NCBI GenBank assembly: GCA_039679675.1
Contig: JBDKUN010000056.1
Span: forward strand, 32,001 to 96,000
DNA: 64,000 nt
Source: Armatimonadota bacterium
Lineage (GTDB): Bacteria; Armatimonadota; UBA5829; DTLH01
Direction of reading: 5' to 3'
The notes beneath the pieces were generated by a model. It worked only from the letters and a program-made list of their open reading frames with translations. It did not search any database and had not been told where the DNA came from. Below are positions 8,432 through 19,518 of this stretch, in pieces. The translations under genes and the position numbers were made by a program. The stretch's first letter is position 1, and every line of letters starts with the position of its first letter.

Positions 8432-8815
8432 ATGAAGATGTTAGCAATACGGCATCTACCTAGACTGCGGGTTCCGGTGGTCCGGTTGGAAAAAGCCAGG
8501 CCTGTGGTGGAAAGATATATGCTGCTTGGCACGGTCCTTGTCGTGTTGTTTGCAGTGGCCTGTTCAGTCGTTGCGTTTTCTTCGAATGATGACGCATCGG
8601 CAGGCATGATCCGTGTGACTGTCCGCCAGGGTGACAGCCTGTGGACTTTTGCCAGACAATACGGCGATCCAGACGAGTATATACTCAAGAGAGTGCATAA
8701 GATAGCTAGAATAAACAACATAAAAATGAGCCGCCCGCTTGAACCAGGTCAGGAACTGATCATCCCATGCGAGCGGAAAACAGTCTGTGCTTCAACAGAT
8801 AGGCAAATGCCTTGA
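8432..8815 (+). CDS. Membrane-anchored LysM protein (YneA-like)
   Basis: One TM then VTVRQGDSLWTFA..IARINNI..LEPGQELIIP. Confidence 0.85.
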   Translation: MKMLAIRHLPRLRVPVVRLEKARPVVERYMLLGTVLVVLFAVACSVVAFSSNDDASAGMIRVTVRQGDSLWTFARQYGDPDEYILKRVHKIARINNIKMSRPLEPGQELIIPCERKTVCASTDRQMP

Positions 8816-8848
8816 GATAGCTGACGGCTTGAATCCGGAGCGAAGCTT

Positions 8849-10522
8849 GTGAGGTTTTGTAACCGGCTAGTGGCGGCTGCGATATTCAGCGCGTTTCTCG
8901 CGCTGTATCTTGCCACTCCTACCAGCAATTATACCTTCGACGCAGTCAATTACGGTCACATGATCCGGCTTTCGCAAACATCCGGGCCGCTTCTACTGTT
9001 TCATCCGCACCACATCCTGTTTAACTGCCTTGGACTCATCACCTGGAAGGCACTTGGTATACTGTACCCCAGTATCGACCCTCTGACGGCGCTTCAGGTA
9101 ATGAACTCTTTCATCGGGGCGCTTGGGCTTGCTGTTTTTTTCCTAATCCTGAGGAGATTGCTCGCGGATACAGCGCCGGAGGGCTCCGCATGCGGGCCAT
9201 CCACGGCGGTAGCGGCTATGGCCACGGCAGCGGTCGGGCTGACTTTCGGCTGGTGGGCGGCAAGCACGGACGGAAGGCCGTATATCCCCCCGATAGCTGC
9301 GGTTTTGGGAGCGTTTTATTTCGCTTATCTGACAGCGCGGACCGCCTCCGGCTGGACGGCTGCCGGAATGGGGCTGATGATTGCTATTGCCACACTGCTT
9401 CATCAGAGCCACGCACTTTTTCTTGTGGCCGGTGCTGTGGCTATCATAATCTCTCCCACACTGCTCAGGGAAAAGCTGAGGCTGTCGCTTATCGTAATTG
9501 GCGTGTTCCTGCCTGTAACCATAATCCCCTATACAGTGGTTTTCAGGCTGCGGGAAACACAGACGGTCTCGGAAGCGGTAAATTGGGCGCTCACTTATGC
9601 CAGACTGGGAGTTTGGTGGAATTTTGATGTCCTGGGTAACATCGATGCCGATCTTTCCGGCCTGAGGCATGCGTTTTTAGCTGATATAAGCGCGAAATCG
9701 GCCTATATACCGTTCTTATCCGCCTTAATGGGACATGCGGTGATCCTTTTTGCATCTGCATTTGTGGTTCTTGGACTGCTGGACAGGACGATGGTGCATG
9801 TCCGGCACTACCATCCACCCAGGCCGAGGAGGGTCTACATACTCGACGGTGTCAAGGGAGGATCATTCGGCGTACCGCCCAATCCGCTTTATGTGTTCAA
9901 TATACTATTGCTCGTCTGGGTCGTCAGTTATTCGGCGTTCTTCACTGTGTGGACTCCCGGTTATTTCGTGTTCTGGATTCCCGTAGCGGCGGCATGGGTG
10001 ATGATCCTTACGGTCAACGGGGCAGCGCGGCGCGATAGAAGGTTTACGTTCGGAGTGGCCTCACTGGCTGCTCTCTGCTTCGCCACAGCGAACCTTTGGC
10101 TCTACGTACTGCCCAGGATGCCGGTGGAGTCCAACCCGTCTATTGTGATAGCGCGGAAGATACGGGAGAATACGCCTCCCAAGTCGCTCGTGATAGTCGC
10201 GGGGATGGGTTACATCGCCGATATGGAGGTTTATATCCCGTATTTCGGCAAGCGTGAGACCATATCGCTCCACCAGACCATGCTCCGTCACGGCGGCAAA
10301 GGCATAGACAGGCTTCAGCAGAAGATACGCGGCGAGCTTTCGGAAGGGAACCGTGTGTACGTGTTCGGTGAGGTCTTCGATTCCCCGAAAGCCTGGCAGG
10401 AACTGACTAAGCGCTACGGGATAAAGAGGCAGGATGTCAGGGCTGCGCTCATCCGTTTTCGCCCGGTAAAGCGCTTCAGAGTCTCCGACCAGCCGGTCTA
10501 CGAGCTGCGCGGCAGTCGTTGA
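8849..10522 (+). CDS. Polytopic membrane protein, GT-C / DUF2723-like glycosyltransferase
   Basis: LYLAT..TFDAVNY, HPHHILF, many TM helices, soluble C-terminal tail. Confidence 0.55.
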   Translation: MRFCNRLVAAAIFSAFLALYLATPTSNYTFDAVNYGHMIRLSQTSGPLLLFHPHHILFNCLGLITWKALGILYPSIDPLTALQVMNSFIGALGLAVFFLILRRLLADTAPEGSACGPSTAVAAMATAAVGLTFGWWAASTDGRPYIPPIAAVLGAFYFAYLTARTASGWTAAGMGLMIAIATLLHQSHALFLVAGAVAIIISPTLLREKLRLSLIVIGVFLPVTIIPYTVVFRLRETQTVSEAVNWALTYARLGVWWNFDVLGNIDADLSGLRHAFLADISAKSAYIPFLSALMGHAVILFASAFVVLGLLDRTMVHVRHYHPPRPRRVYILDGVKGGSFGVPPNPLYVFNILLLVWVVSYSAFFTVWTPGYFVFWIPVAAAWVMILTVNGAARRDRRFTFGVASLAALCFATANLWLYVLPRMPVESNPSIVIARKIRENTPPKSLVIVAGMGYIADMEVYIPYFGKRETISLHQTMLRHGGKGIDRLQQKIRGELSEGNRVYVFGEVFDSPKAWQELTKRYGIKRQDVRAALIRFRPVKRFRVSDQPVYELRGSR

Positions 10523-10527
10523 TAAAT

Positions 10528-10556
10528 TTGAAATTGTACGTTACCGGATATATAAT
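10528..10556 (+). promoter_or_regulatory. Sigma70-type promoter
   Basis: TTGAAA-N17-TATAAT. Confidence 0.65.
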
Positions 10557-10639
10557 TGAGCACCTCACAGGTATGAAGCGTCTGCTTTCGGGCGTTGGGG
10601 CAAAGGCCGGTGAAGATTTTCCAGCTAAGGAGATGCATC

Positions 10640-11215
10640 TTGAAGCGTATTGCAAAGACAACTTATTCGGCGGTACAGATGGGTTTAGCTGATATAAAGC
10701 ACATCGTTGATCTACTCAGCAGTGGCTATGAACAAATCGATATACTGTTGGATGATTACGCTGTAAAAGATGCATCGGAGCTGAACATTGCGGCGGATGA
10801 ACTCAAGCGGAGAGGTAAAGCTTACGCAAAGAACTGCACCATCACCGGCAAAAATAAGACGGAAAGAGGAGAGCAAAAGACAGAGTGGCTAACCGTAGAG
10901 ATAAAACCCAACGGGGTAACTCTGAATGTTTCCGACCTTCGTGACCCGAACCTGCCCAGCCTAGTGGAAAAGCTGGAAGATATGTTTCGAAGGAAAAGAG
11001 TCAGGTGGTTCTTTGGGCTGAACGCCGGCAGCGTTATTACAACCTGGGGCCTTTCAATAGGCATCGGGTTTATAGCCGGTATTATGAGACGGTTCATCAA
11101 CAATTTCGTTACGAGCTCGATCTCGATTCTTGCCGGAATTGCCAGCCTTTTCTTCCTTGTAGGATTGGTTATTATCAACTACTCAGGCAGAGTTGACCTT
11201 CGGAAACTCCGATAA
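10640..11215 (+). CDS. Hypothetical membrane protein (2 C-terminal TM)
   Basis: ORF; SD AAGGAG before TTG 10640. Confidence 0.65.
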   Translation: MKRIAKTTYSAVQMGLADIKHIVDLLSSGYEQIDILLDDYAVKDASELNIAADELKRRGKAYAKNCTITGKNKTERGEQKTEWLTVEIKPNGVTLNVSDLRDPNLPSLVEKLEDMFRRKRVRWFFGLNAGSVITTWGLSIGIGFIAGIMRRFINNFVTSSISILAGIASLFFLVGLVIINYSGRVDLRKLR

Positions 11216-11294
11216 TGGGCGATTTGCAAGTCGCACTCCATCAACTCTCCTGCAGAAATGCATCCACCGGTATAGTGGAGAAGAAAGGGTTCAT

Positions 11295-11756
11295 TTGAAA
11301 AAACTACTCATCTGGTTACTTGCGCTAGTGGTAACAGGATTTATACTTTATTATTTTGCACCATTGTCTTTGCTAAATAGCATAGATAGCAGAGGCAAGT
11401 TCATAAGAATCGATACCAGGTTCGCAACAAAAGCCTATGTAAAGAACCATTTTGGTAAAACGGTCGATTGGGTTGATGCAGCAGTAATGGATAAAAAGGA
11501 TGTCGAGACACTGAAATCCATACTGGCGGGATATGCAATTGAAGACGGCACAGCCTGTATGTTCGATAGTGATGTCTCAGTAACGCTGACAAATGGGCAA
11601 AAGAGTATTACTTTTTGCCCTGATTTTCTTGATGGAGAGCCTGTTATCTGGATAGATGACACCTATAAGTACCGCCACTTGTCTGTATACAACAACCAGA
11701 AGCTGTACCGAATCTTGAATAAGTACGGTATGGGGATACCCTTTACAAAAGAATAA
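11295..11756 (+). CDS. Hypothetical exported/membrane-anchored protein
   Basis: TTG start giving MKKLLIWLLALVV signal anchor. Confidence 0.65.
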   Translation: MKKLLIWLLALVVTGFILYYFAPLSLLNSIDSRGKFIRIDTRFATKAYVKNHFGKTVDWVDAAVMDKKDVETLKSILAGYAIEDGTACMFDSDVSVTLTNGQKSITFCPDFLDGEPVIWIDDTYKYRHLSVYNNQKLYRILNKYGMGIPFTKE

Positions 11757-11760
11757 TTCA

Positions 11761-11787
11761 GCAGGGGTGCGATTGCAATCGCGCCCC
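11761..11787. repeat. REP-like palindrome (GTAG-family-like)
   Basis: GCAGGGGTGCGATTGCAATCGCGCCCC hairpin right after a stop codon. Confidence 0.45.
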
Positions 11788-11809
11788 ATCAATTTACGTA
11801 AAAACAAAT

Positions 11810-11840
11810 AAAGCCGAGATAGTTGCCTATCTCGGCTTTT
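11810..11840. terminator. Bidirectional intrinsic terminator
   Basis: AAAGCCGAGATAG-TTGC-CTATCTCGGCTTTT. Confidence 0.8.
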
Positions 11841-11854
11841 CAAGTTAATAGAGT

Positions 11855-12688
11855 CTATCCCTTAATCCCGCTCATCGTGATCCCCTGGATGAACGTCTTC
11901 TGCGTGAAGAAGAAAAGGATTATGATCGGCAGGACTACAAGCGTAGAGGCGGCCATGAGCCGTCCGAAGTAGTTGCCGTACTGCCCCAGGAACATCTGCA
12001 GCCCTAGAGAAAGCGTGTAATGGCTCTCATCGAAGAGATAAATGAGGGGGCCGAGGAAGTCGTTCCACGTATTGATGAACGTGAAGAGCCCCACGGTCGC
12101 CAAAGCGGGCTTCGCGAGCGGGACTATCACCTTCCGAAATACCTGAAACTCGTTGCAGCCGTCCAGTTTCGCCGCTTCCGTGAGGTCATGCGGCACAGTC
12201 ATAAAGAACTGCCTGAGTAGAAAGATGAAAAACGCATTTCCCAGAAACGCCGGGACCGTAAGCGGCAGATAGGTGTCCACCCAGCCGAGCTTCGTATAGA
12301 CCGCGAAAAGCGGCACCATCACGACCTGGTAGGGGAGCATCATCGTCGAGAGGACGATCATAAAGAGTGCATCCCGCCCCTTCCATTTGATCCTCGAAAG
12401 CCCGTATGCCACAAGAGAGCTGGAGATCACCGTCCCAACCACTGCAAGGGCGCATATCACAAGCGTATTTACGAGATACAGACCGAACGGAATGGTGCCG
12501 ACAGCCGCTTTGTAGTGCTGGAACGTAAACGGCTTCGGAATGATCTGCGGAGGCCATAGGCTGATGTTCTGGTCCGTCTTGAACGAGGTCGTGACCAGCC
12601 AGAAAAACGGTATGGAAAATATCCCCGAAAGGACTATAAGCGTAATATAAGTAATTATCTGCTTCCAGATAGGGAACCTGTTTCTCAT
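11855..12688 (-). CDS. Carbohydrate ABC transporter permease (MalG-like)
   Basis: EAAKLDGC EAA loop, TWNDFLGPL. Confidence 0.95.
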   Translation of the reverse strand: MRNRFPIWKQIITYITLIVLSGIFSIPFFWLVTTSFKTDQNISLWPPQIIPKPFTFQHYKAAVGTIPFGLYLVNTLVICALAVVGTVISSSLVAYGLSRIKWKGRDALFMIVLSTMMLPYQVVMVPLFAVYTKLGWVDTYLPLTVPAFLGNAFFIFLLRQFFMTVPHDLTEAAKLDGCNEFQVFRKVIVPLAKPALATVGLFTFINTWNDFLGPLIYLFDESHYTLSLGLQMFLGQYGNYFGRLMAASTLVVLPIIILFFFTQKTFIQGITMSGIKG

Positions 12689-13638
12689 TTTGCATCCCCC
12701 TGGTAGTAAACAAACCGCGCGGAACTCTTAAAGACGATGATTGTTGCTGCAAGGATCACAAGGAACAAGAACCACGCCATCGCGCACGCATAACCCATCT
12801 TGAAGAAGTGGAACGCGTTCTGAAAGAGATACATCGCGTAAAAAAGTGTCGAGTTGACCGGCCCGCCCTGGCCGCCGGTCATAACATAGGCCTGGGTAAA
12901 GTACTGCGCTGCGCCTATAAGCCCCATAACGATAGAGAAAAAGATGTAAGGGCTCATAAACGGCAGCGTTATATGAATCGTTCGATGAAGCGTTGTTGCG
13001 CCGTCCACCTCTGCTGCGTCGAAGAGGTCCTGCGGCACGTCCTGCAGCCCCGCTAGGAAGATAATCATCGAGCCGCCCGCTCCCCAAAGGCTCATAAGGA
13101 TGAGTGCAGGTTTAGCCCACATCGGGTCAGCCATCCATCCCGGCTCAGGTATCCCGAACATGTGAAAAAGGCTGTAAACGCCGATGCCCCTCAATATTCC
13201 GGGCAGAATGCCGTACTGCGGGTTCAAGACCCACAGCCAGAGGACTGATGTTGCGACTGTCGGTACGATGGACGGCAGGTAGAATAGCGTCCTGAAGAGC
13301 GCCATCCCCCGCACCTTCTGGTTTAGCAGGAGTGCGAGCCAGAATGCCACCGCCACGCCTAGCGGGACCGAAAACGCCGCAAAGACCGCCGTATTGGCAA
13401 GGGATTTTGTCACCAGCGGGTCGGTCAAAAGCCTGTGGTAGTTTGCCATCCCAACCCAGGTCGGGGGCTTCAGTCCGGTATAGTTGCAAAAGCTGTAGTA
13501 TAAAGACGCCCCGACCGGGTACACCGTGAACAGGAGAAGCCCGATAATCACCGGAGATGAGAAGAGCAGACCATTTCTCAAATCCGCACGCCGGGCGTGA
13601 GATACTTTTTTATGAGTCAAACGCTGTTTCTTAGTCAT
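12685..13638 (-). CDS. Carbohydrate ABC transporter permease (MalF-like)
   Basis: WVGMANY, LAGLQDVPQDLFDAAEVDGA, GYACAMAW. Confidence 0.95.
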   Translation of the reverse strand: MTKKQRLTHKKVSHARRADLRNGLLFSSPVIIGLLLFTVYPVGASLYYSFCNYTGLKPPTWVGMANYHRLLTDPLVTKSLANTAVFAAFSVPLGVAVAFWLALLLNQKVRGMALFRTLFYLPSIVPTVATSVLWLWVLNPQYGILPGILRGIGVYSLFHMFGIPEPGWMADPMWAKPALILMSLWGAGGSMIIFLAGLQDVPQDLFDAAEVDGATTLHRTIHITLPFMSPYIFFSIVMGLIGAAQYFTQAYVMTGGQGGPVNSTLFYAMYLFQNAFHFFKMGYACAMAWFLFLVILAATIIVFKSSARFVYYQGDAK

Positions 13639-13644
13639 TACCGG

Positions 13645-14982
13645 CTACTTTCCCGCAAGTCTCAGGTCGAGTTCACGCTGAGTCTCTTTCGTAGCTTGAT
13701 CCAGTGCCGCTTTGGGGGTCATCTTTCCATAGACGGCCTGCCCGACGGCTCTGTCGAGCGCGCCCATGTAGTATGCCTGCGCAGGCATCACGGGCCGCTG
13801 GTGTTTGCACTGATTGAGTATTTCGACGAATGGGCCGTAACGCTGGTCAGACTTTATCTCATCGAAATAAGTCGATTTTCTGTAACCGGGGAAGAGGTCT
13901 TGAGTCTTTCCGGCAACGGCAGTTCCCTTAACGTCCGCACACATCCACTTGATGAACTTCCAGGCGAGCTCCGGCTTTTTACATCCTCTCGGAAGCGCCA
14001 TACACCAGCCGCCGATCCAGGAAGAATGTTTCTCTCCGCCCTGCGGACTTGGAATATAACCCAGCCCGTAATCGAGCTTGGGAGCATAGGTCCTTGCATC
14101 CACTACCTGCGAGATGTGGAAGCACCCCATCCCCAGTTGGCCGATGTAGAATGGGTTCCTGTCGAGGTTGCCGAACCCCTGCGCGAGATTGCTTATATTG
14201 GTCAGCCCGTATTTTTGGGCATACGAGCACATCCACTCAAGGGCTTTCACGTTTTTGGGGTCGTTTGCAGTGACCTTGTGGGTCTTTTCGTCGTAGAAAC
14301 TGCCGCCGAAGGCCCATCCCCAGGTGTACATGGAGTTTGCATTCCCGAACTGGCCCCAGGGGATGATTCCGATGGATGTGAGCCCCCGGCTTCCGCTTTT
14401 GGTTAGTTTTTCTGCCAACTTGTCCATTTCCGCGATGGTCTTTGGCGGTTTATTGGGGTCAAGACCGGCGTCGCGGAAGGTCTTCTTGTTCCAGGCAAAC
14501 GCAAAGTTAGGGTCGGCACAGTATGTAACGGCCCACACATGCCCGTCATAATAGTTCTGCTTCCAGCAGGGAGTAAAGTAATCGCCAGGTTTGATGCCGG
14601 TGGCTGCTACTTCCTTATCGAGCGGCTGCAGCGCTCCCTGCTCGGCCCATTCCGAGACCTGTGGCCCGTCTACGAACGTTACATCCGGCGGCTTTCCGGC
14701 TGCGACGGATGAAAAGAACTTCTGATTGTTCGAAAGATCATTTGGAGTAAAGACTATCTTTACTTTAATGTCAGGATGAGTCCGCTCGAACTCCTTAACG
14801 ACTTTTTCGAAAAGTTCTTTTTGAGTGCCGCCCCAGGGATGCCATATAACTATTTCATTGGGGGAGCTTACCGTAGCACCGAGGAACCGGGCGTCTATAT
14901 ACGAAAATACCGGCTTGTGAAACCAAATAAGCCCGATTACCACTACAGCAAGCGCAATTATTACAACTTTACGCATGAGCAT
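13645..14982 (-). CDS. Carbohydrate ABC transporter substrate-binding protein
   Basis: N-terminal anchor, FERTHPDIKV, AAGKPPDV, AWNKKTFRDAGLDP. Confidence 0.92.
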   Translation of the reverse strand: MLMRKVVIIALAVVVIGLIWFHKPVFSYIDARFLGATVSSPNEIVIWHPWGGTQKELFEKVVKEFERTHPDIKVKIVFTPNDLSNNQKFFSSVAAGKPPDVTFVDGPQVSEWAEQGALQPLDKEVAATGIKPGDYFTPCWKQNYYDGHVWAVTYCADPNFAFAWNKKTFRDAGLDPNKPPKTIAEMDKLAEKLTKSGSRGLTSIGIIPWGQFGNANSMYTWGWAFGGSFYDEKTHKVTANDPKNVKALEWMCSYAQKYGLTNISNLAQGFGNLDRNPFYIGQLGMGCFHISQVVDARTYAPKLDYGLGYIPSPQGGEKHSSWIGGWCMALPRGCKKPELAWKFIKWMCADVKGTAVAGKTQDLFPGYRKSTYFDEIKSDQRYGPFVEILNQCKHQRPVMPAQAYYMGALDRAVGQAVYGKMTPKAALDQATKETQRELDLRLAGK

Positions 14983-15083
14983 TTTCCTATACTACCTAAA
15001 ATGCCTGTCATTTCGTAATTCTACGAGAGATGCAGATTGACCTTCTGTAGAATATAGTAGTTTAGGGCATTTATGCAACAGGC

Positions 15084-17318
15084 TCAGCGGATTTTGAAGC
15101 TCCTCAGACGAAGCGAGTTTGTGACTACGGACACGGACGAGAGCGACATCGCTGCGGCGGCAATCATCGGGTTTAGGAGCAGGTGAAGTGCCGGGTACAG
15201 CACCCCTGCAGCAATTGGGATGAGCAGCACGTTGTAGATAAACGACAGAAACAGGTTCTGCCGGACAGTCTTGATCGTCCGGCGGCTGAGGGAAATTGCC
15301 GTCACGACTCCCATCAGGTCTCCTGAGATAAGGGTAATGTCGCTGGCCTCCATCGCAACATCGGTCCCGGTCCCTATAGCTATTCCTATGTCTGCCTGGG
15401 CAAGAGCCGGAGCGTCATTTATCCCGTCCCCTACCATTGCGACGACTTTCCCTTCTGTCTGGAGCCTTTGGACCTCTTTGGATTTGTCCTGGGGGAGGAC
15501 TTCGGCCATGACCCGGTCTATTCCAACCTGCTTTGCAATAGCATCGGCGGTCTTTTTGTTGTCCCCGGTGATCATTGCGACTTCCAGCCCCAGATCATGA
15601 AGCGCCCGGACAGCGAGGGCTGAGTTCTCCTTCAGCGTATCGGCTATTGCAAAGACCCCGGCTGGTTTTCCGTCGATGGCGGCAAAAACAGGAGTTTTCC
15701 CCTCAGATGAAAGCTCATTTGCGCGCTTGTCCAGCTCGTCGAGCGGTACATTGCGGCCAGACATAAGATTCCGGTTGCCTGCTAGAACGTTTCTTCCTTC
15801 GACTTTTGCCTCGATTCCCTCTCCTGTGAGCGATGAGAAGGATTCAACCGGGCTGAGTGGAATCTTCCGTGCTTCTGCGCCGTGGACTATCGCTTCGCCC
15901 AGGGGATGCTCAGACCTGGCTTCAGCCGATGCGACGAGTCTCAATAGTTCAGCCTCATCCACGCCTGGTAAAACAGCGGTGACTACCAGCTCAGGCTCGC
16001 CCTTTGTAAGAGTCCCGGTCTTGTCCAAAACGACGGACGTGACTTTGTGCGCGCGCTCCAGAATCTCTCCACCTTTTATCAGCACGCCGCTTTCCGCACC
16101 TTTTCCCGTCCCGACCATAATGGCAGTCGGAGTGGCGAGGCCGAGCGCGCATGGGCAGGCGATGATAAGCACTGCAACGAAGTTCAGAAGCGCATAATTG
16201 AACGCGGGAGCAGGCCCCCAGAGAAGCCAAACGATGAACGTAATGATGGCTATTCCAATGACTACCGGGACAAAATAGCTTGAAATTATATCCGCCAGCC
16301 GCTGGATAGGAGCTTTCGACCCCTGCGCCTCCTCGACCATCTGTATAATGTGCGCAAGCGCTGTGTCCTTCCCGACTTTCGTCGCGCGGAAGGTGAAACT
16401 TCCGGTTTTGTTGATCGTAGCGCCGATAACCTCGTCACCGGCCCGCTTTGTGACAGGTATACTCTCGCCGGTGATCATCGACTCATCGACCGCGGAGGTT
16501 CCATCGACAACTATGCCGTCTACAGGGATCTTCTCGCCAGGACGGACGATCACAATATCGCTGACAGCCACGTCTTCGACGGGAATATCTGCTTCTTCTC
16601 CATTGCGAGAGACTCTGGCGGTCTTCGGCCTCAATCCCGCCAGCTTTCTTATGGCCTCCGAGGCGTTTCCTTTGGCCCTGGCCTCAAGGAACCTGCCGAG
16701 AAGGATAAGTGTGATGATTACAGCGGATGTATCGAAGTAAACGGCAGGCATCACACCTTGGGTTGCTTTGAAGAACGACGGAAACAGTATGACTGCGACG
16801 CTGTACAGATACGCCGAGGAGCTTCCGACGGCTATCAGCGTGTTCATATCAACGGTGCGGTGCCTGAGGCCTGCCCACATCCCCCGGTAGAACGGCCACC
16901 CTCCCCAGAACTGCACGGGAGTTGCGAACGCCCACATTACGTAATGGTCGGCGAATACCGCCGGTATGAAGGCGAATGAGCCGATTTCCCGGAGCATACC
17001 GAGAATTACCGGGAGCGTTAAGAGCGCGCTCACCCAAAACCGGGTCTTCCACTCACGGATTGCTGCATCCCTGGATGCCTGCTCGTGGTCTTCGGCTTTG
17101 GCTTCTTCGGGAATATCGTACCCCAGGAATAATATGACCGTTTTGATCTTCTCAGGAGTGATCTGCTGCGGGGCGTATTCCACCGTGGCGCGCTCGGTCG
17201 CCAGGTTGATAGAGGCTTTTGCCACTCCTTCGAGTTCGGAAAGGTGCTGCTCTATCCTCCGAACGCACGATGCGCAGTGCATGCCTTTTATGGGAAACTG
17301 AATAGTTTCTGTCTTCAT
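15084..17318 (-). CDS. copA: Copper-translocating P1B-type ATPase
   Basis: [36 protein letters not shown] and MxxSS Cu(I) motifs. Confidence 0.95.
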   Translation of the reverse strand: MKTETIQFPIKGMHCASCVRRIEQHLSELEGVAKASINLATERATVEYAPQQITPEKIKTVILFLGYDIPEEAKAEDHEQASRDAAIREWKTRFWVSALLTLPVILGMLREIGSFAFIPAVFADHYVMWAFATPVQFWGGWPFYRGMWAGLRHRTVDMNTLIAVGSSSAYLYSVAVILFPSFFKATQGVMPAVYFDTSAVIITLILLGRFLEARAKGNASEAIRKLAGLRPKTARVSRNGEEADIPVEDVAVSDIVIVRPGEKIPVDGIVVDGTSAVDESMITGESIPVTKRAGDEVIGATINKTGSFTFRATKVGKDTALAHIIQMVEEAQGSKAPIQRLADIISSYFVPVVIGIAIITFIVWLLWGPAPAFNYALLNFVAVLIIACPCALGLATPTAIMVGTGKGAESGVLIKGGEILERAHKVTSVVLDKTGTLTKGEPELVVTAVLPGVDEAELLRLVASAEARSEHPLGEAIVHGAEARKIPLSPVESFSSLTGEGIEAKVEGRNVLAGNRNLMSGRNVPLDELDKRANELSSEGKTPVFAAIDGKPAGVFAIADTLKENSALAVRALHDLGLEVAMITGDNKKTADAIAKQVGIDRVMAEVLPQDKSKEVQRLQTEGKVVAMVGDGINDAPALAQADIGIAIGTGTDVAMEASDITLISGDLMGVVTAISLSRRTIKTVRQNLFLSFIYNVLLIPIAAGVLYPALHLLLNPMIAAAAMSLSSVSVVTNSLRLRSFKIR

Positions 17319-17335
17319 TTTTTACTGTCAGCTGC

Positions 17336-18265
17336 CTATTCCCTTTTCATCTCAATATCTTTCACCTTGTCCGCATCGAGCGTGGCGACGCCTATGGAGC
17401 TGTCCGCGCCGCCGTAGTAGATCAGGTACTGTCCTTCTCTTTCCACTACGCCGCACGTGAAGACGACATTGCACACCGAACCGATGCACTCGAACGCCTC
17501 CTCCGGGTCGAGAATCGGCTTAGAAGACCGTGCGATAATTTTCGATGGGTCGTCGAGGTCTGAAAGAAAGATTCCGAGCCTGTAGACCCTGTTCTCATCT
17601 ACGCCATGATAGAAGTTCAGCCAGCCATCTTCCGTTTTGATCGGCGGAGCGCCTGCTCCGATCCGTTCGTTGTCCCATGAGCTGAGTTTGGGAGTCATAA
17701 CCAGCTTGTGATCGTACCAGTGCAGCAGGTCATCCGAATATGAAATCCATATATCCGGCAGCACGCGGTGGTACATGACATATTTTCCGTTGAATTTCTC
17801 AGGGAAGATTACGGCATCTTTGTCGTCGAACTCCGGCAGGATGACGCCATGCCGCGTATAGGTCTTGAAGTCTTTGGTAGAAAGCAATGAGACCCTGCAT
17901 CTCCACGGCGGCCCGACCTTAAACGTAGGAGGGCGGTTTTCAGCTACCGGATAGACCGATGCCCCTACATAAGGGATGTAGTAAGTCCCGTCGATAAGCG
18001 TAATGCGAGGGTCTTCGCTCCCAAGCCGCTCGAACTCATCGCCAAGAGGGCTTTCATAAGCCGGTATGCTTGCCCTTTCGAAGCTAAAACCATCTTTGCT
18101 CCAGGCGTACCCCAGGCGGGAGATGTTGTCGTCGCCTACAGCGCGGTAGAGCATATGGATAGTCCCGTCTTTATCGGCTGCCCCGCAGTTGAATACGGCC
18201 TTATTCTCCCACCATCTGCTCGACGGAGCCAGCACAGGGTTCTTCTGGTATCGCTTCGCCAACAT
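17336..18265 (-). CDS. Glycoside hydrolase family 130 (mannoside phosphorylase/glycosidase)
   Basis: VFNCGA, LYRA, EDPR, KDAVIFPEK, YHGV, NVVFTCG, YYGGAD. Confidence 0.9.
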   Translation of the reverse strand: MLAKRYQKNPVLAPSSRWWENKAVFNCGAADKDGTIHMLYRAVGDDNISRLGYAWSKDGFSFERASIPAYESPLGDEFERLGSEDPRITLIDGTYYIPYVGASVYPVAENRPPTFKVGPPWRCRVSLLSTKDFKTYTRHGVILPEFDDKDAVIFPEKFNGKYVMYHRVLPDIWISYSDDLLHWYDHKLVMTPKLSSWDNERIGAGAPPIKTEDGWLNFYHGVDENRVYRLGIFLSDLDDPSKIIARSSKPILDPEEAFECIGSVCNVVFTCGVVEREGQYLIYYGGADSSIGVATLDADKVKDIEMKRE

Positions 18266-18435
18266 ATCTTTTGTGTTTGCTCCTTATGTAACTTATATCA
18301 TAGCACAAGTTGTGTCCAGCAGCGCTGCTTCGGACTCATATACCATTCATACCCCTTATAGAAGTCACACCCGAGTGCCTTGTTACCGCATGGTTGGTAA
18401 GGCGGGGCTGATCGTGATAAAATGCGAAACAACAC

Positions 18436-19413
18436 GTGTCAAAGGGGAGTAAATTGGGAGAAAAACGGATTCAGTGGGAGGAGCACATACTTTCACTCCT
18501 GCTTGCGGCTGCTGCAACGTGTTATGCACTGTGGAAATTGTCCGTACTGCCAACGGATATTAACCTGGTATTAACCGCGCGTACCATAGTCAAAGTAAAC
18601 ACTTCTGCCTTTATAGCCAGGCAGCTTGCGGTTATCTGGGCCCTCCAGATCGTTTGTATCTTCCAGACCAGGCAATGGGTTGCAAGAGAGGTCAGAAAAC
18701 GGTTCAATTACTGGTATGCCGGCCTGACATCCGTGGTTATATGTATATCCTGCCAGTGCTTAACGGCTTTGTGCTGTGAAGCATCCGCTCCAAGTATCAC
18801 GGATTTGTTCATCTTTGCATTGCTCTTCGCCGTTATAATCGAAAAGAAGAGGCTTTTCGTTCCACGCGAAATCTCAAAACCCGATGATTTCATGCTGCCC
18901 GGTAATTTTCCTGCACTATATGCCGAACAGGACTGGCGCTTCGAATGGGTGCTTTTGCTGAAATGCATATCGCTGCTGCCAGCCGCTGTATTTTTTGCCA
19001 TGCATGCCATGTCATGGATTATGTGGATTCCTGGGATTCTTCCTTTCTTTCTGCTGGCCAAGATAATCCCGCCGGACTCCGTCGAGTGGCAAGTGGATAG
19101 ATACCTGATACGCTATAGAAGCAGGAGAGGAGACAAGCTCCTGGCCCAGCGGGACTGGCAAATGGACCAGATCAACTTCGTGGAGGTGCTCGACTTCGAT
19201 CCTAAGGCGGATTTCGATGATGAAGAGCCTCGGAACGGAATATCCGAAGTCTTCGAAGGAGTGCAGGGGTATTTCAACCCCAAATGCAGGCGGGGAATAG
19301 TCATAGGGACTCTTACCGGGGAGTTTTATATGCTTGGATTTATGCGGCCGCGCTATGCAGCAGCTATGATAAAGAAATTTGCCGGTATTGAGGAGCAGCT
19401 CAATGCAGACTGA
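18436..19413 (+). CDS. Hypothetical membrane protein
   Basis: 325-aa ORF with ~6 hydrophobic segments; start uncertain. Confidence 0.6.
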   Translation: MSKGSKLGEKRIQWEEHILSLLLAAAATCYALWKLSVLPTDINLVLTARTIVKVNTSAFIARQLAVIWALQIVCIFQTRQWVAREVRKRFNYWYAGLTSVVICISCQCLTALCCEASAPSITDLFIFALLFAVIIEKKRLFVPREISKPDDFMLPGNFPALYAEQDWRFEWVLLLKCISLLPAAVFFAMHAMSWIMWIPGILPFFLLAKIIPPDSVEWQVDRYLIRYRSRRGDKLLAQRDWQMDQINFVEVLDFDPKADFDDEEPRNGISEVFEGVQGYFNPKCRRGIVIGTLTGEFYMLGFMRPRYAAAMIKKFAGIEEQLNAD

Positions 19414-19423
19414 TGCCTTGTAC

Positions 19424-19452
19424 AAAAAATTACCCGCCTATCCTTGGCGGGT
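19424..19452 (-). terminator. Intrinsic terminator (minus strand)
   Basis: ACCCGCC-AAGGATA-GGCGGGT-AATTTTTT. Confidence 0.75.
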
Positions 19453-19518
19453 GTTAACGGAAAAGGCCTCACGTCTTTGGAGAAGAATGGATGCTTGTTG
19501 TATCCTGTAAATAGTAGG

